A DNA stretch of 50,831 nucleotides from positions 1 to 50,831 of the forward strand of contig JAHBMJ010000306.1 of the NCBI GenBank assembly GCA_018398765.1, read 5' to 3'. Every line of letters begins with the position of its first letter. The stretch's first letter is position 1. Shown piece after piece: positions 34,400 to 46,757 of this stretch. Below the pieces are notes generated by a model, which was given only the letters and a program-made list of their open reading frames with translations, ran no database searches and was not told where the DNA came from. Origin of the DNA: Chromera velia (taxonomy: Eukaryota). Position numbers and translations under genes: made by a program.

Positions 34400-36195
34400 T
34401 CATTCCGCTGTTTGTTTCTTCTTCGTCAGGTTCACGGTCTCTCTCTTCAGCACATGGAGCAACGTCTGGCTGGACTCCAAAATCTGCATCCATGCAGCAC
34501 AAATGATTTATGTCAAACAAACACTGAGACATGCAGTGCAGTCTGGAACCACACGCGCAAAACTGACAAGATCTGGAGACCTAGAGACGTGAACGGACAT
34601 CAAAGAGAAAGTGAGAGGGCCAGACCCAAAAATGATGAGGTGCGCACTTAAGTTTGTCAACATACGTAACGAAAGGATAGACACATACAGATGCGCGCAC
34701 CATGGCTGCAGGAGGTACACATAAACTCACCCACTCATTCACTAACGCACGCACTCTGTCTTTCTTTCTCTCTCTCGCTCTCATACACGGACATACAGAC
34801 ACAAACACAGACACAGAAACAGACACACACAGAGGATGGGGTGGGGCATACACATGTCCTCTCTGTGGGTCTAGCTGAGCAGAGACCCCCCCCCCTTTTT
34901 TTCCAAATCCAAACATACACACACGCAGACACACAGGAGCCCAGGCAGGAAGAAAGAGAAACTGCCGGGAAAAACAGATACGCACAGAAAGGAACATGGG
35001 TAAGCACTCCTTCACGACTGCATGGATGGCAACGAGAAAGAGCCAACGAGGCAGAACGAAAGTCTGGGCACCGGGTCTCGCAAAAGGGTGCACACTCACT
35101 CACCTTCATGTAGGCCGCCTCCGTCTCCTGAATGGTCTTGTCGTACTCATTTCTGGCCTGTGTCTTTCGGACTAGACTCTCTGCACACAGACAGGGGGGG
35201 AAAACGAGATGGCGAGACGTCAACACCATACTCTTCAAAACGCTGTGCTCGACCCAGATTGTCTTTTGATAGAACGACGATACTGCGCTGGGGGTCCGAT
35301 GACCATCGTATCACTTCACTTAATTATCGCTTGGCCCCGTTTTAGGATCAGGCAGGCAGATTGTCAGCAAGACCAAACAAAAGATGGATCCACAGACAGA
35401 GCGACACCGACAGACAGACAGAGCCATAGTTGGTTGAATGAAGCATCAGATGCAAAAGCGTCACACTAATCAAGAGGTGAAGACGTCGGATTACGGACGG
35501 ACGGACAGGGAGCCAGAGGCCAAAGGAAGGCAGGCAGGCCGGCATACACGCAGCGCTCCAAATGAGCAGTGAGAAATATATAGGTGTGCTGCCGGCGTCG
35601 AAAAAAGAGCGTGCAAGAGACTGCTGGTGGGTTGGGTGACAGATAAAAGTGAAGGCAACGGTCATCTTCATTGTTCTCTCGATCCGAAAAAAAGGGAGCC
35701 CTGCGTGCTAGCAGGAAGACCGCGTGGAGGAAGGCTATTCAGGGCGGGGGATCGACTGGCGTGATACACAAGCACCAGAAAAATAGAGGAAGGCTTATCT
35801 GAGGGGAGGAAAAGAGCGCAACACCACCCGCAGGACGGACAACAGCTTCTCCGCTCAGTCTGTCTGACCTCAATCTGTGAGTCAGGCTGACCGTTGATCT
35901 TCTGGAGTCTGTCGGTGAGGATTGCGAGTTCCTTTTGGATCTTTGCCTTGTCCTCCTCCTCCTGCATAAGGGATTAAAGGAAAGGGACGGGGTGCAGGCG
36001 AAAGGAGTTTCTCCCAGACACGAATCTTTCTGTTGGTACGAGAAGAGAAGCATGGGTTTTCTGGGACACCCGGGCCGCATACGGACGCACCTTGAGGATT
36101 TGTCTGTTCACTTCTTCTCGTTTCTCCCTGAGGTCCTCGATGCATTTCACAAGCTCGTTGTTGTAGTTCTGAAGGGTCGCGCCTTGGGCCGCCAT
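34400..36195 (-). CDS. SSNA1: SSNA1/DIP13/NA14 microtubule and basal-body coiled-coil protein, 111 aa; exons 36195-36091, 35961-35892, 35180-35104, 34483-34400
   Basis: Spliced product [111 protein letters not shown] matches the family signature throughout. Confidence 0.97.
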
Positions 36196-36419
36196 CTTGC
36201 TTTAAAGCTTTCCTACGAGTGCGGGCTGCTTCCTTTTGACGGGATGTCTGTTCGTCTCTGAACAACAGACAGTTGGCAGCTATTAAGTCCCGAGCTTGAC
36301 TTTGTCACCGAGAGGCTGGACAGTGCCGGTTCTGGCTTTGGATGGGTGTAGATCTGTGGGTGCCCAAGATCGGACAGACTTGAAGTGACTCAGAAAAATT
36401 CAGAAAAGTGAATGAATGA

Positions 36420-36655
36420 AGTCTGTCAGACCATGTCAGACCATGTCAGACATTGTCAGAAATCCGTCAGAAAGATGCATGGTGATGCATGGTGGATTCA
36501 TGGTGGATTCCATGCATGGAATGCAACGCATCGATCTGCATGGCGAAGATTGGCGAAGGCCCTGCATGGGGGGGGGGGGGCGGAGCGAAACCCCGCGCGT
36601 CGGCGCGCCCAAAGAAACCTCCGCCGGGGGGCCCCCCCCCGGCCCCCGTGCAAGC
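36420..36655. promoter_or_regulatory. Candidate bidirectional promoter core between SSNA1 and the adhesin gene
   Basis: Phased TGTCAGA repeats, clustered TGCATG, and a GC tract containing GAAACCCCGCGC. Confidence 0.45.
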
Positions 36656-36936
36656 TATCCCCAGCATTCCCCAGCTAGCCCACCGTTTTCCCATCGTTTT
36701 CCCTCAACGATGCCAAAAGTTAAGAGCAACTGTCAGACAATACATATCCATATATATCCATCAAACATCTATTAGATCTGAATGTCAGATCACAGAGAAA
36801 GGTGTTACAATTTCTCGTCTCATGCATGAATATTATTGAATGATGAGTCGATTTCGTGATTGGGGAAGCTGAACAGAGTTCCCCAGTACCGGTTTCTTGA
36901 ATTCTGTTGATTTACTTTTCGAGACTTTTGATTAGA

Positions 36937-38960
36937 ATGCTGGTACTCGCAGCCTCAATCTTTGTGTTTCTGCTTGGGAGTCGTCTTGCAGTGTCTGCTT
37001 CTGCGACTGTGAGAGGCCCTACAGGCGTGATCCATGGTAAGAACTCCTTTCATGGCTTCGAGGTATGCCCAGCGGAATTTTCTTGGGGTCTACAGAGCCG
37101 TGGGAATGCAGGTGAACTGGAGGAGACAGACATGCGGACAGAGGTCGAGGAGAAGACATCTTCTACCGTCTCTTCTATCCCCCTGGAGTCCTTCCCAGCC
37201 AAACGCGACGTCAAAGTGGTGCAGTGCCCCATCTCCTCACTGGAGTGTGCAGGGTGTGTCGATCTCACCAGTAATAAATGTTCACAATGCCGGCCAGGGT
37301 GGGTGAAGCGTGGAAATCCGCCAGTTATTCCGGAGCGCTGCACTGCTTGCGAGGATATCCCGTATGTCGACGGAGACGGAAAAAGCTGTCCCGAGATCTG
37401 CAGCTACTCAGGCATGCAGTTGGACGCTGCAAAGAAGGCAGCGATAATCAAGAAGGGTAGGGAGGGGCTGACTGCCCTAGACGCCTGCTGCGGGTGTGGG
37501 GGGGGAAGCTTGATGCCCACACCGTTCGCGTACGAGGACAGAGACTTTCTACTAGGGGATACCGTCAGCCTGAAACCCATTCCCCGTACGGCAGACAGAT
37601 ACGTGGTTGGGGAGGACTGCGCCTTGGAGGGTCACGGACTGAGCCTCGACTCTTCTACAGGTGGGTGGGTGGGCGTTTCCCGGACTTATTGTGGGGCTTC
37701 TGTTGATGTCTTTTTCAGGTGGGAGAAGGGGGCCTTGTGATTTTTCTTTCTGCATCTGACTGCCCCTATCCTCTGACAAGTTTCCACCTTCCCTCCTCTG
37801 ACTTTTTATTCTTGCCTGCTCGGATCGCCTCCGCCCCCCTCCCTTCCCTTCTTGATGTTTCCTTCCTTGCAGGGGAAATCAAGGGGCGACTCTCGGGGAC
37901 GGAAACGTTCTCGACTTCTTGTTCGGTCACGGCAGTGCAATCCGTCTCTGATGGCCTGCTGTTCAACGCGACGGTTCACATCAGGGGCAAGCAGCTGCAC
38001 TACACCCAACCATCCGTGGTGCTCTCCTGGTCAACACCCATCAAACCGCACATTTCTTCCAATCTGAAGGCAAAGTCCTTCAGCATCGTGTGCAACCCCG
38101 AGCTGGAGTGGATAGATCGTTCCTCCTTCTCATCGGACGGCATTCTGAAGAAGAAAACACTGCCAGGAAAGGGCCCCATTGGTCAGTCAGCGTCTGCAAA
38201 TTTAATGAAGAAAGCTGTCCACATGGTATTTTGTCTGCATTGCGAAGAAACGTGTGCAAATCTGAAGAAAAGAGAAGAAAGACGACAGTCACTCGGGATA
38301 CCCTCTACGAACATGGCAGGAGAGAAAAGAACAGAACGGATGGCGCTTGACCAATTGTATTGTTCGTCCTGGGTGGTACAAACAAAGAGAGAGCGCCCTT
38401 TGTGATTCATTCGCCTGCTTTTCTGAATTTGGGGTTTTTCCTAATTTGCTTTTGTGCATGTGTATGTGCTTGCCCCATGTTTTCCTTGCTCTCCTCTTTC
38501 CCGACCCCTTTCACATTCGTCACTCCGTTCATTCCTTTTGAGGATTTTATTTGTGTTCCCACGTCCCCTCCCAGTTTCCTCTTCCCGTTTCCGTCTGAAA
38601 TTGAGAGATTGCATGCATGCAGGAGGCGGTCTCGGTGCTGAGACTCTCGACCAATCTGCGCCCGTCCACGCGGCAGGGGTGAACGCTACGAGTCCCTCTG
38701 TGGCACTCTTCTCGCAACCCGCTGGCGTGTGCAGGTCAGAAAATTAACCAGTCTTTGCTTCTCTTCTGAAGAAGAAAGCGAACGAATCAAGGAAAGAACC
38801 TAGAAATGGGGAAGAGAAAGAAGACGACTACCCCATGGACACCAACCCCATTTCATTCCTTCCACTGTGAAGGCAAGCAAGTGCACGTTGAGGGACGTGA
38901 GTAAGTTCAGGTTGAGTGTGAGGATGACTCTTTGTGGCACACAGTGCTCGCGTTCCTTTT

Positions 38961-39042
<82 letters not shown>

Positions 39043-42000
39043 AAACCGCTGGCAGATCAGCGAGCGGTCTCCCGTCTGCTGTCGGCAGCTTCAGGTTTCT
39101 GGTTCAGTCTCTTGTGTGCGTACGTCTTGGCGACTTTGCATGTTTTTCCTTTTGCACCTCTCACCTTCTGCCTCTTTTTTCTCGCTTTCTCGTTTCTTTT
39201 CTTCTCTTTCCTTGCGTACAGCATCACGGCCAAACTGAGCAAGAAGTCCAAGTCTGGCACGTCCCTTGCAACAGTAAGAAGCGGCACTCGACAGGAAAGT
39301 GAAGACACAGCGGAAACAGCAGCCCGTCCTGAAGAGGAAGTCGAGGAGAGGGTTTCTGTCCTCGCGATCTCCTACTCTTCTTGGCCCGGGCTGTTCTATC
39401 CCTCCCTTTCGACAAACAACCAAAATCCTTCTGTTCTGCTCACGGTTGCACAGCCCGTCCGAAGAGCGCCTCATGTCCCCTCCCCGTATTTTTTTACCCA
39501 GGCTAAGAGTAGATTTGAGCAACTTCCGCCTGCGCTGTTCACCATCAGTTGCGCCCTGCCTGGTACATCGACTGCGGACGTGGTGCTTCACGAGGTCTGG
39601 CGCTTAGTTTGGGCAGATACGAATGAATGTGTTTTCTTTGTTTGGTTGGTTGGTTGTTTGTTTGATTGATTCTCATCTCATCGTTTCGCTTCCCTTCCCT
39701 TCCTTGCATGTCCCATCGGGGTCCGTCCGAAGATGACATTCTTTTTTTTTTTTTTTGTACTTACTTCATGCACAGAAGGGATTAGGAGAGAAGCATGCAT
39801 CTTCTCTATCGTCGTTTCTTCCTGCCCCTCTGGTTGACGTCTCTCAGTCGTCTGGAAGGAGCTCGGAAAAAGAAGATCGATCGATTCACTCATGCACCGT
39901 CTGACGGTACGTGAACGAACAGTGGACTGAGACCGTGGAGTAATCTGCTTGATTGAATTGATTCTTCGCTCAAGTTTCGCATGTCTGCATGTCTACAGCT
40001 GTCGACTGGTGACGTCGTGTATGTGGGAGCATCACGGCGAGAGAGGGTTCCTCTGTTCCATATGGACCCTCACTCAGGGAACATTGGAGGTCGGTCTGTC
40101 TGTTTTTCTCTCTGTCTGTCTGTCTGTTTGTTTGGAATATTGTTGTTTTGAAAGGAAAAAGAGAGAAAAAAGAAAAAACGAAGTCATGTGGGCTGTGTGT
40201 CTGGAAGGAAAAAAAGACAAGAAAAGCGAAGTGAAGGAAGCAAGCAAAGATGAAGAAGGGGAAAGGCCAGGTAGAGAAGCAGAAAGAGATACAGGTAGAC
40301 AGACAGAAAGATAGGGTCTGACAGACAAACCATTGGACTGCTTCTTTCCTTCCTATTTATGTACTAACTAACAGAGGGGCAGACAGGTAACCACGCACCT
40401 AGGCAAACAAACAGATAGATAGATAAGACACAATCTTATACAGATAGTCAAACACAAGCGGCAAAAGGAGAAGTAAGAGAAAAGCAAAGACAACGAGAAA
40501 TAACACAGAAAAACAAATTCAGAAATAGACACCCGAGAGACCAAAAGAGGGGACGAAAAAACGCTACCTGACTGCTTCAACTGTTGTCTGCTTCCCCTGT
40601 AAAACATCGAATCAATCTGAACTCCCTGAATTTATTCAATCCCCCNNNNNNNNNNNNNNNNNNNNNNNNNNNNGATTTCTCAACCCAATAATCACGTGCC
40701 CCTCCCCTGCAGGGTCGACTGCCGGGTATCCCGGCGCATCTGTTCTTCCATGGTCTTTCGACTCCCGTCTTCAGAGGCAGACCGCGGAGTTTGCCTGTAA
40801 GGTCACTGCCAAGGTCGTGCCTCCAGCGGGAACAGGGAGCGTCACGAAGAGCCTGAGGTACCTGCGCAGGGACATCAAGGTAAAAGTGCAGGACAAAGTG
40901 TGCTGGCAACCGGTGAAGATTGCCAGAAGAGAGGTGGAGAGGTACGCTCTTCCGAATGCCCAAACCGAGGAAGCGTGCAGGCAGCAGTGTGCATCAAGTG
41001 CGCAGTGTGCAGTCTTTCATTTTGACCCAACGGGGGCGGGGGGGAATCATAAGTGTTTCAAACTACGAAGAAGACACACGCTGCGCCCGGGGACTGACAC
41101 CGCCACGCTTTCTGCACACGCCAAGCTGCGGTCCTGCGAGCCTCGCACGGCCTGCGTGGAGTTGAGGCTGTCGAAGAGTGAGTGGATGGCAGGGACCTAC
41201 TGTCCTTTGACTGATGACCCCAAGTTCAGAGGAGAAGAGGTATATGAGAAGTCTGGATTCACACCGGAGGACTCAGCATTCTTGCTCAAGTGAGTACATC
41301 ATCAGCAGCGACTGCACGCACTGGCTTGAGTGATTCAACAGTCGGATGTATGGGAGTCTGTTTATGAATTGTTTCCTGACTCAAATATGTGTCATCACGA
41401 AATTGGAAAGACTGCGTGTGGCCTTCTTCTTTGTCCTAGGCAGCATCAGTTTGCTTGAGCAAAGAAAAACCAAGCGTGTGTGTCCACATGACTTTGTTCC
41501 TTCCCTTCCTTTCATTTTGCCTCCAGATGACTCGATCTCATCCATCTGTCCTCACTCACTCACTCTCCCCCAACGCATTCGTGCGTGCGTGCAGGTACTC
41601 TTCCGATCGCATCAGGGGACCAAAGGGAGGGCTCAACTGCGATTCCTCCAGACCCTGGGCCATCGTGCAGGCGTCCCCTGCTCACGACTATGTGGACAAA
41701 GAGAATGGTCAGGACGCCCCAAGCAGCAGTGCACTGGGGGAAGAGACGAGGAGCGACCTTTGTTTCACCTTGGAGAGGCGTGACTCTCCGTGGGCGTGCA
41801 CCTGCAGAGATACAAACAAAAGGCTGCATGGGAAGATCTCCTGCCTGGCTTTTGACAACGCAACCACACCGTCATCCTTTTTTACGTTCTGATGCTTGCA
41901 TATGCTCCCTTCTGTTCATCCGTCCCCCCCTCTCCCTCTCTCTGTCTCTATTGCCTTCAGGTCGCGTGGATCTGACAGGCAGACTTCTGGCGTGCCTGCC

Positions 42001-45000
42001 CGCCCCCGACTTCCAGAGACCCCACCGAGGTCCCAGGGCCCCCGTCTCCGCCCTCCTTCTCAACAGTGCAGGGGGGAGCCCTGTGCAGGATCCTTTGTGG
42101 GAAATCGTCCATGCCCCCCAGCAGTGCCCGTCTCCTCTGAAACAGGCGAGTGCGGCGATGCTTGAAGACTCCGAGAAGAGCAAGAAGGGAGAGTCCGACA
42201 CTGAGGAAGACAGAGGAGGGGCCACAGCTTCAGACGTCAGTCAGTCAGTCAGTCAGTCAGTTAGCTTGGCCAATTCTGCTCTCTCTTGAGGTTTTGGTTT
42301 ATCTGTCATTCTGTGCATGCATATGTGCTGCTGCATTCTTTTGGGGGAAGGGGCACGTTCTGCCTTGCTGCCCTGGGGGGGAGGAAATCCTATCGCTAGC
42401 AGTCGTCCTGCAGGCTGTGCTTTGATCAGCTAGACAGACTCGTTGCGTACTCTCTGTTGCACAGAAAAAACAACGCAAAAAGAGTGGTGAAGCAAAAGAC
42501 CATTTGCAAAGTCTTTGCTCTCTTCACTCTCACTCAAAACGCTGCATCCTTTCTTGCTCTCTCCCAACCGTCCCAACCGCGCGGACGGCTTCTGTCTGTC
42601 CGGTCGTGCTTTCACTTTCCAATGCTGATAAAGTAAAACAAATCGGCATCAAGTCACTTCCGCCCGTCCATTTGTCTGTCTCTTTATTTGTAAAGTATCA
42701 GAGAAAGAAAAGATCTCTCAAAGATGTATGTCGCTTTGTTTGCAGGTCTGGACGTTCCACGATCCCGACGTCACAGAGGCCCCAGGAGTGCCCTCCTTCA
42801 ACCTTGACCCCTGCGAGTGCTTTCCTGCTTGTCAGTCGGAGTCGGTTCAAGGCACATTCGAAGAGAGGCTAGACAGACCGAACAAAAAAAAAAAAGTCCA
42901 AGCTCAAAAAAGAGGGGGGCGAGCAGGAGGGAAGGACGCAAAAATGAAAGAACGGAACAAAGAAAAGGTATCATTGGCTCTCCGTCCGTCTGTCTTCCCG
43001 TAAGTGTCTCAGATTTATTTGTCGGCCTCTCTGCTTTCCTAGACTTGTTTGTCTGTCTCTCGGTCAAGAAAAAAATACCAGATTGCGCGACAAAGGAAAG
43101 AAATGATGAGAGAAACCAGGAAAGCAACAAAGAAGAGAAGAAAAAACGGCCGGGAAAAAAAGGAGGAAAAGAATGACGGAAGAGGCAAAAAATGATATTG
43201 TGTGTGTATATGTCCATCCCTCGATCTCTCTCTTTTTTCCCCCTCCCCCACCCCCCTCTCTCTGTGTCTTTCTATCCATCCCTTTTTCTTTCTTTCCTTC
43301 TGCCTGCAGCATGGGGGAAGAACAGTCCGGTCGACGAAGAGCAGTTTGACGCCTTCCCTGCTTCAGGACGGAACTCTGTGCCTGCAGGAACTGCGAAGCC
43401 CCAAGTGATCGCACGAGGGGGGGTCGGTCGACTTCTCTCTCTGTCTTTCTTTCGTTCGTTCGTTCGTTCGTTCGTTTGTTCTTTCATTGTTTGTTTGTTG
43501 CGTGCTTGCTTCGAGATTGGTATTCGTCAGTCGATGTGTCAGAGAAGAACCAAAGCAGGCAGGCAGGCAGGCGGACACGTCGTGGGGGGTGAGTGATGAT
43601 CTTTTCTTTCCCTCCATTCGGCTTCGAATGGGTGCGTGCATCTTAGAGTGATGCTATCGTCCTCGTGAGGCACCATGCAGAAGTCTGCACCAGGCTGATG
43701 GAAGGAAATGCAGTGTCAATCAAACCCTCTGCTGCGCTGCTTCCTCCGGTTGCCTGAATGTCTCTGACATCTGCCATCCGATCTTTCCCTCTCTTTCTCT
43801 TCCCATCTGTGTTTCTTCCTCCTCCGCTTCTGACTTCTCTCTTCTACTTTAATCAACCAACGACTGCCCTTCTGGTTCGTTCTCTTCTCTCTCAGGTTTC
43901 CTGCATGTTTTCCTTCCTCCTGACCTCCTTTCCGGACAACGACGAGGACCTCTGCGCAGAGCGATGCCGAGATAACGAGGAATGCAACCTCTTCTGGGTT
44001 GGCCTGCTGGCCGGAGCGCCGCATTGCCGTCTCTACTCGGAATGCGGGGCTCTGATGTCCGAACTTTCCGAAGGGGAGGCGAGAACCTCAGGGAACTTAT
44101 TTGGCCTCCCGAGGCGGCCTGTTTGTCTGATTGCCAACCCCTCTCTTTGCATGAGCACCGTCAAAAGGCGAAAGCTCTTGACTTCAGTCGAGCCTCCTAT
44201 CCGATGTCCTGCTGGCTACCGGCAAGTGTGGGCGCAGGTCGACGGCGCTGGATTAGATGGATACGCAAACATCCCAAGCGTAGAGGGGTGCGCAACAAAG
44301 TGCAATGCCCAGGCACAGTGTCAATCTTTTGAGTATTCTCCGTCTGCTCGTCATTGCCAAACCCGACACACAACCCGGACCCTAGGCCCCCACACAGACG
44401 ATAAAACTACGTGCCTAAAAGAAAAGTTCCTCGTCCCCCACTGGCCCTTCAGCCTTCTGGAAGACTCCACTGCCACCCCTATCGCTCCACCCGAATCCCC
44501 ACTCCTCCCCATGGGTACTCCCTACGCAAATCATTCGGACGCAGACATGCCGGTCTCGCAGGAGGTGCGCGTTTCACCGGTGCACCCACACTCACACAAC
44601 CTTCCCGTAGTCCATCCAGATGAATTGACTGTATTTGAACAGGAGAGAGCACGAGATGCCGCAGAGTCAGAGGGACGTGTTAGAGTTTCACAAATCCTCC
44701 GAGGAGGGGAGTCTGAGTGGACTAACAGCTCCACCTCCACAGAGAGTCTGGCTGGAAATCCGTTGATCGACACACGCAGCGGGAAGAAGACGCAAGTTGT
44801 GGTCTCTCTCCATGTATATGGAAGAAGTAGGATTGTCGGACCTGTGACAAACGGAGGGCATGATGTGGTGATTGAGGGTTCGGGCAATTACCCAGTGGGC
44901 GGTTGGTTGTGGATTTTTCAGTCGGGGTGTCAGACACGCAACGGAAAGCCAACCGCCACTCTGCGGTCTTACGCTTCCGGGCAGAGATTCATCTGGCGTC

Positions 45001-46725
45001 CCGGGGGTTGGACCTTGGGAACCACCAATCGGTGCAGGGACGGGTCGGGGAAATATCAGTGCGGGTGCAGTGATGCTGCTCAGCTGACGATGCACAATCC
45101 CGCCAGTTCTAAAGCGAGGAAAGAGGGGTATCTTGACTTCGAGGGTGCATCAGGGAAGTGGCTGAACCCCGACCAGTTTAATGTGATGTGGTGGACTGGT
45201 GGGCCCAGGCCGGGGTCGCATGGTGCGATGCTTCCCGTCATCTGGCAGGTCGTGGGGGCAAATATTGCGATCTGGGGAGGAGGGGGGACAGGGTACTTGA
45301 GATTCAAGCCTGATGCCAATTCAGTGACGACTGGTGACGCGGTGTCCACCAATGGCGTTGACTCTTTTGAAGTTCGGCCTGTGACAAGAAACAACCACCC
45401 GTTCGCTGTGTGTCTGTACAATAAGAGGTTCAATTCCTTCCTGGCCGGAAGAAACGAGCGTGTGGTCTTCAGAAAGGAGAACACCCAGTGCAACACAAAC
45501 GATATGTTCTGGACATTCAGCTATGCAGGTCGGTTGGGTGGAGGCAACCGCATGCATGCAATCCTTGGCATGCATGCATGCATGGAAGGACGGGAGGGGC
45601 AAATGAAGAAAGAAAGAACGAAAGGAAGGATAGGTGCATGGACAGACGAACGCCCGAAGGAACGAATAAAAGTCAGACAGACGTACGGAAGAGCGGAGGA
45701 AGGGACCGGGGCAAGCAGAAAAAAAAGAAAGAGGGAAGGAAACTTTCTCTGACAAACTTGCTGTACATGAGGGAGCTTCTCAGCAAATAAAGTCCTGCAG
45801 GCGCTTTTTGCACCGTCCACACATGCATTCATATTCCGCACGCGAATCTGCATGGGGCATTACGTGGCATACAGACCAACGATGGGGTCCACGTTTGCGT
45901 TCACCACTTTCACTTCCATGTGGTGTGTATGTGTGTATATGTGTGTGTGCAGGGGACGGGACCGTCGCTTTGTGGAACCACGCCACTCAACGGTATTTGA
46001 TGTCGCATCAGCACATGAAGAGTTGGAGCCTCTCTGGGGTTTTCCCTCAACTGCCTCCTGAGAAGATGAACAACTGGGAGAGACTTCGCATCCAGTACCT
46101 CGACCCTCCAACAGACGGACGGTTCTCTGCGTGGACTTCCTGGACTCAGTGCTCCGTCCCGTGCGGGAGCGGCACGCAGACGCGCACACGCTCGTGTGTC
46201 GGGCAGAATGCAGGCGGAAAGGACTGTTCTGAGTTGCCGGAAGCCAGAGGTGTAAAGGATCTGTACAAACAGACCCAGTCGTGTTGGGCAGGGGTCTGCA
46301 AGAACGAGTGCCTCTTTGAGAGCATTTTGATGGACTGCGAACAGAAATTGATGCTCGGAGTTGGTAAGGTCAGTCAATTAGTCAGTCAGTCCATCAGTGA
46401 GTCGTCTCACCCCGTTCGAATGACCCATTGTGGAGGGGCCGCGCATGAAAGGAAAGGGAAATTGCCTTAGCGTTGCATGCTTCATGGTTGTGTTGTCTGC
46501 TTGTTCTCGCGCCCTCTCTCGACTTGTTGGCTTGATCGGTTTTGATTCATCTTGGTGCCCGATGTACGGCTGTTTGCACCAAGTAACCGAGAGACAGGGT
46601 TCTATTGTGTGTCGTGCTGTCAGGAAATGCAGAAGGGCCAATTTCTTCTAAATTGCTGCATCCGTCAAAGAAAATTGAGTCTGCGAGTCTGATGGATTTC
46701 TTTCTTCTCTCTCTCTCTCTCTCTC

Positions 46726-46757
<32 letters not shown>

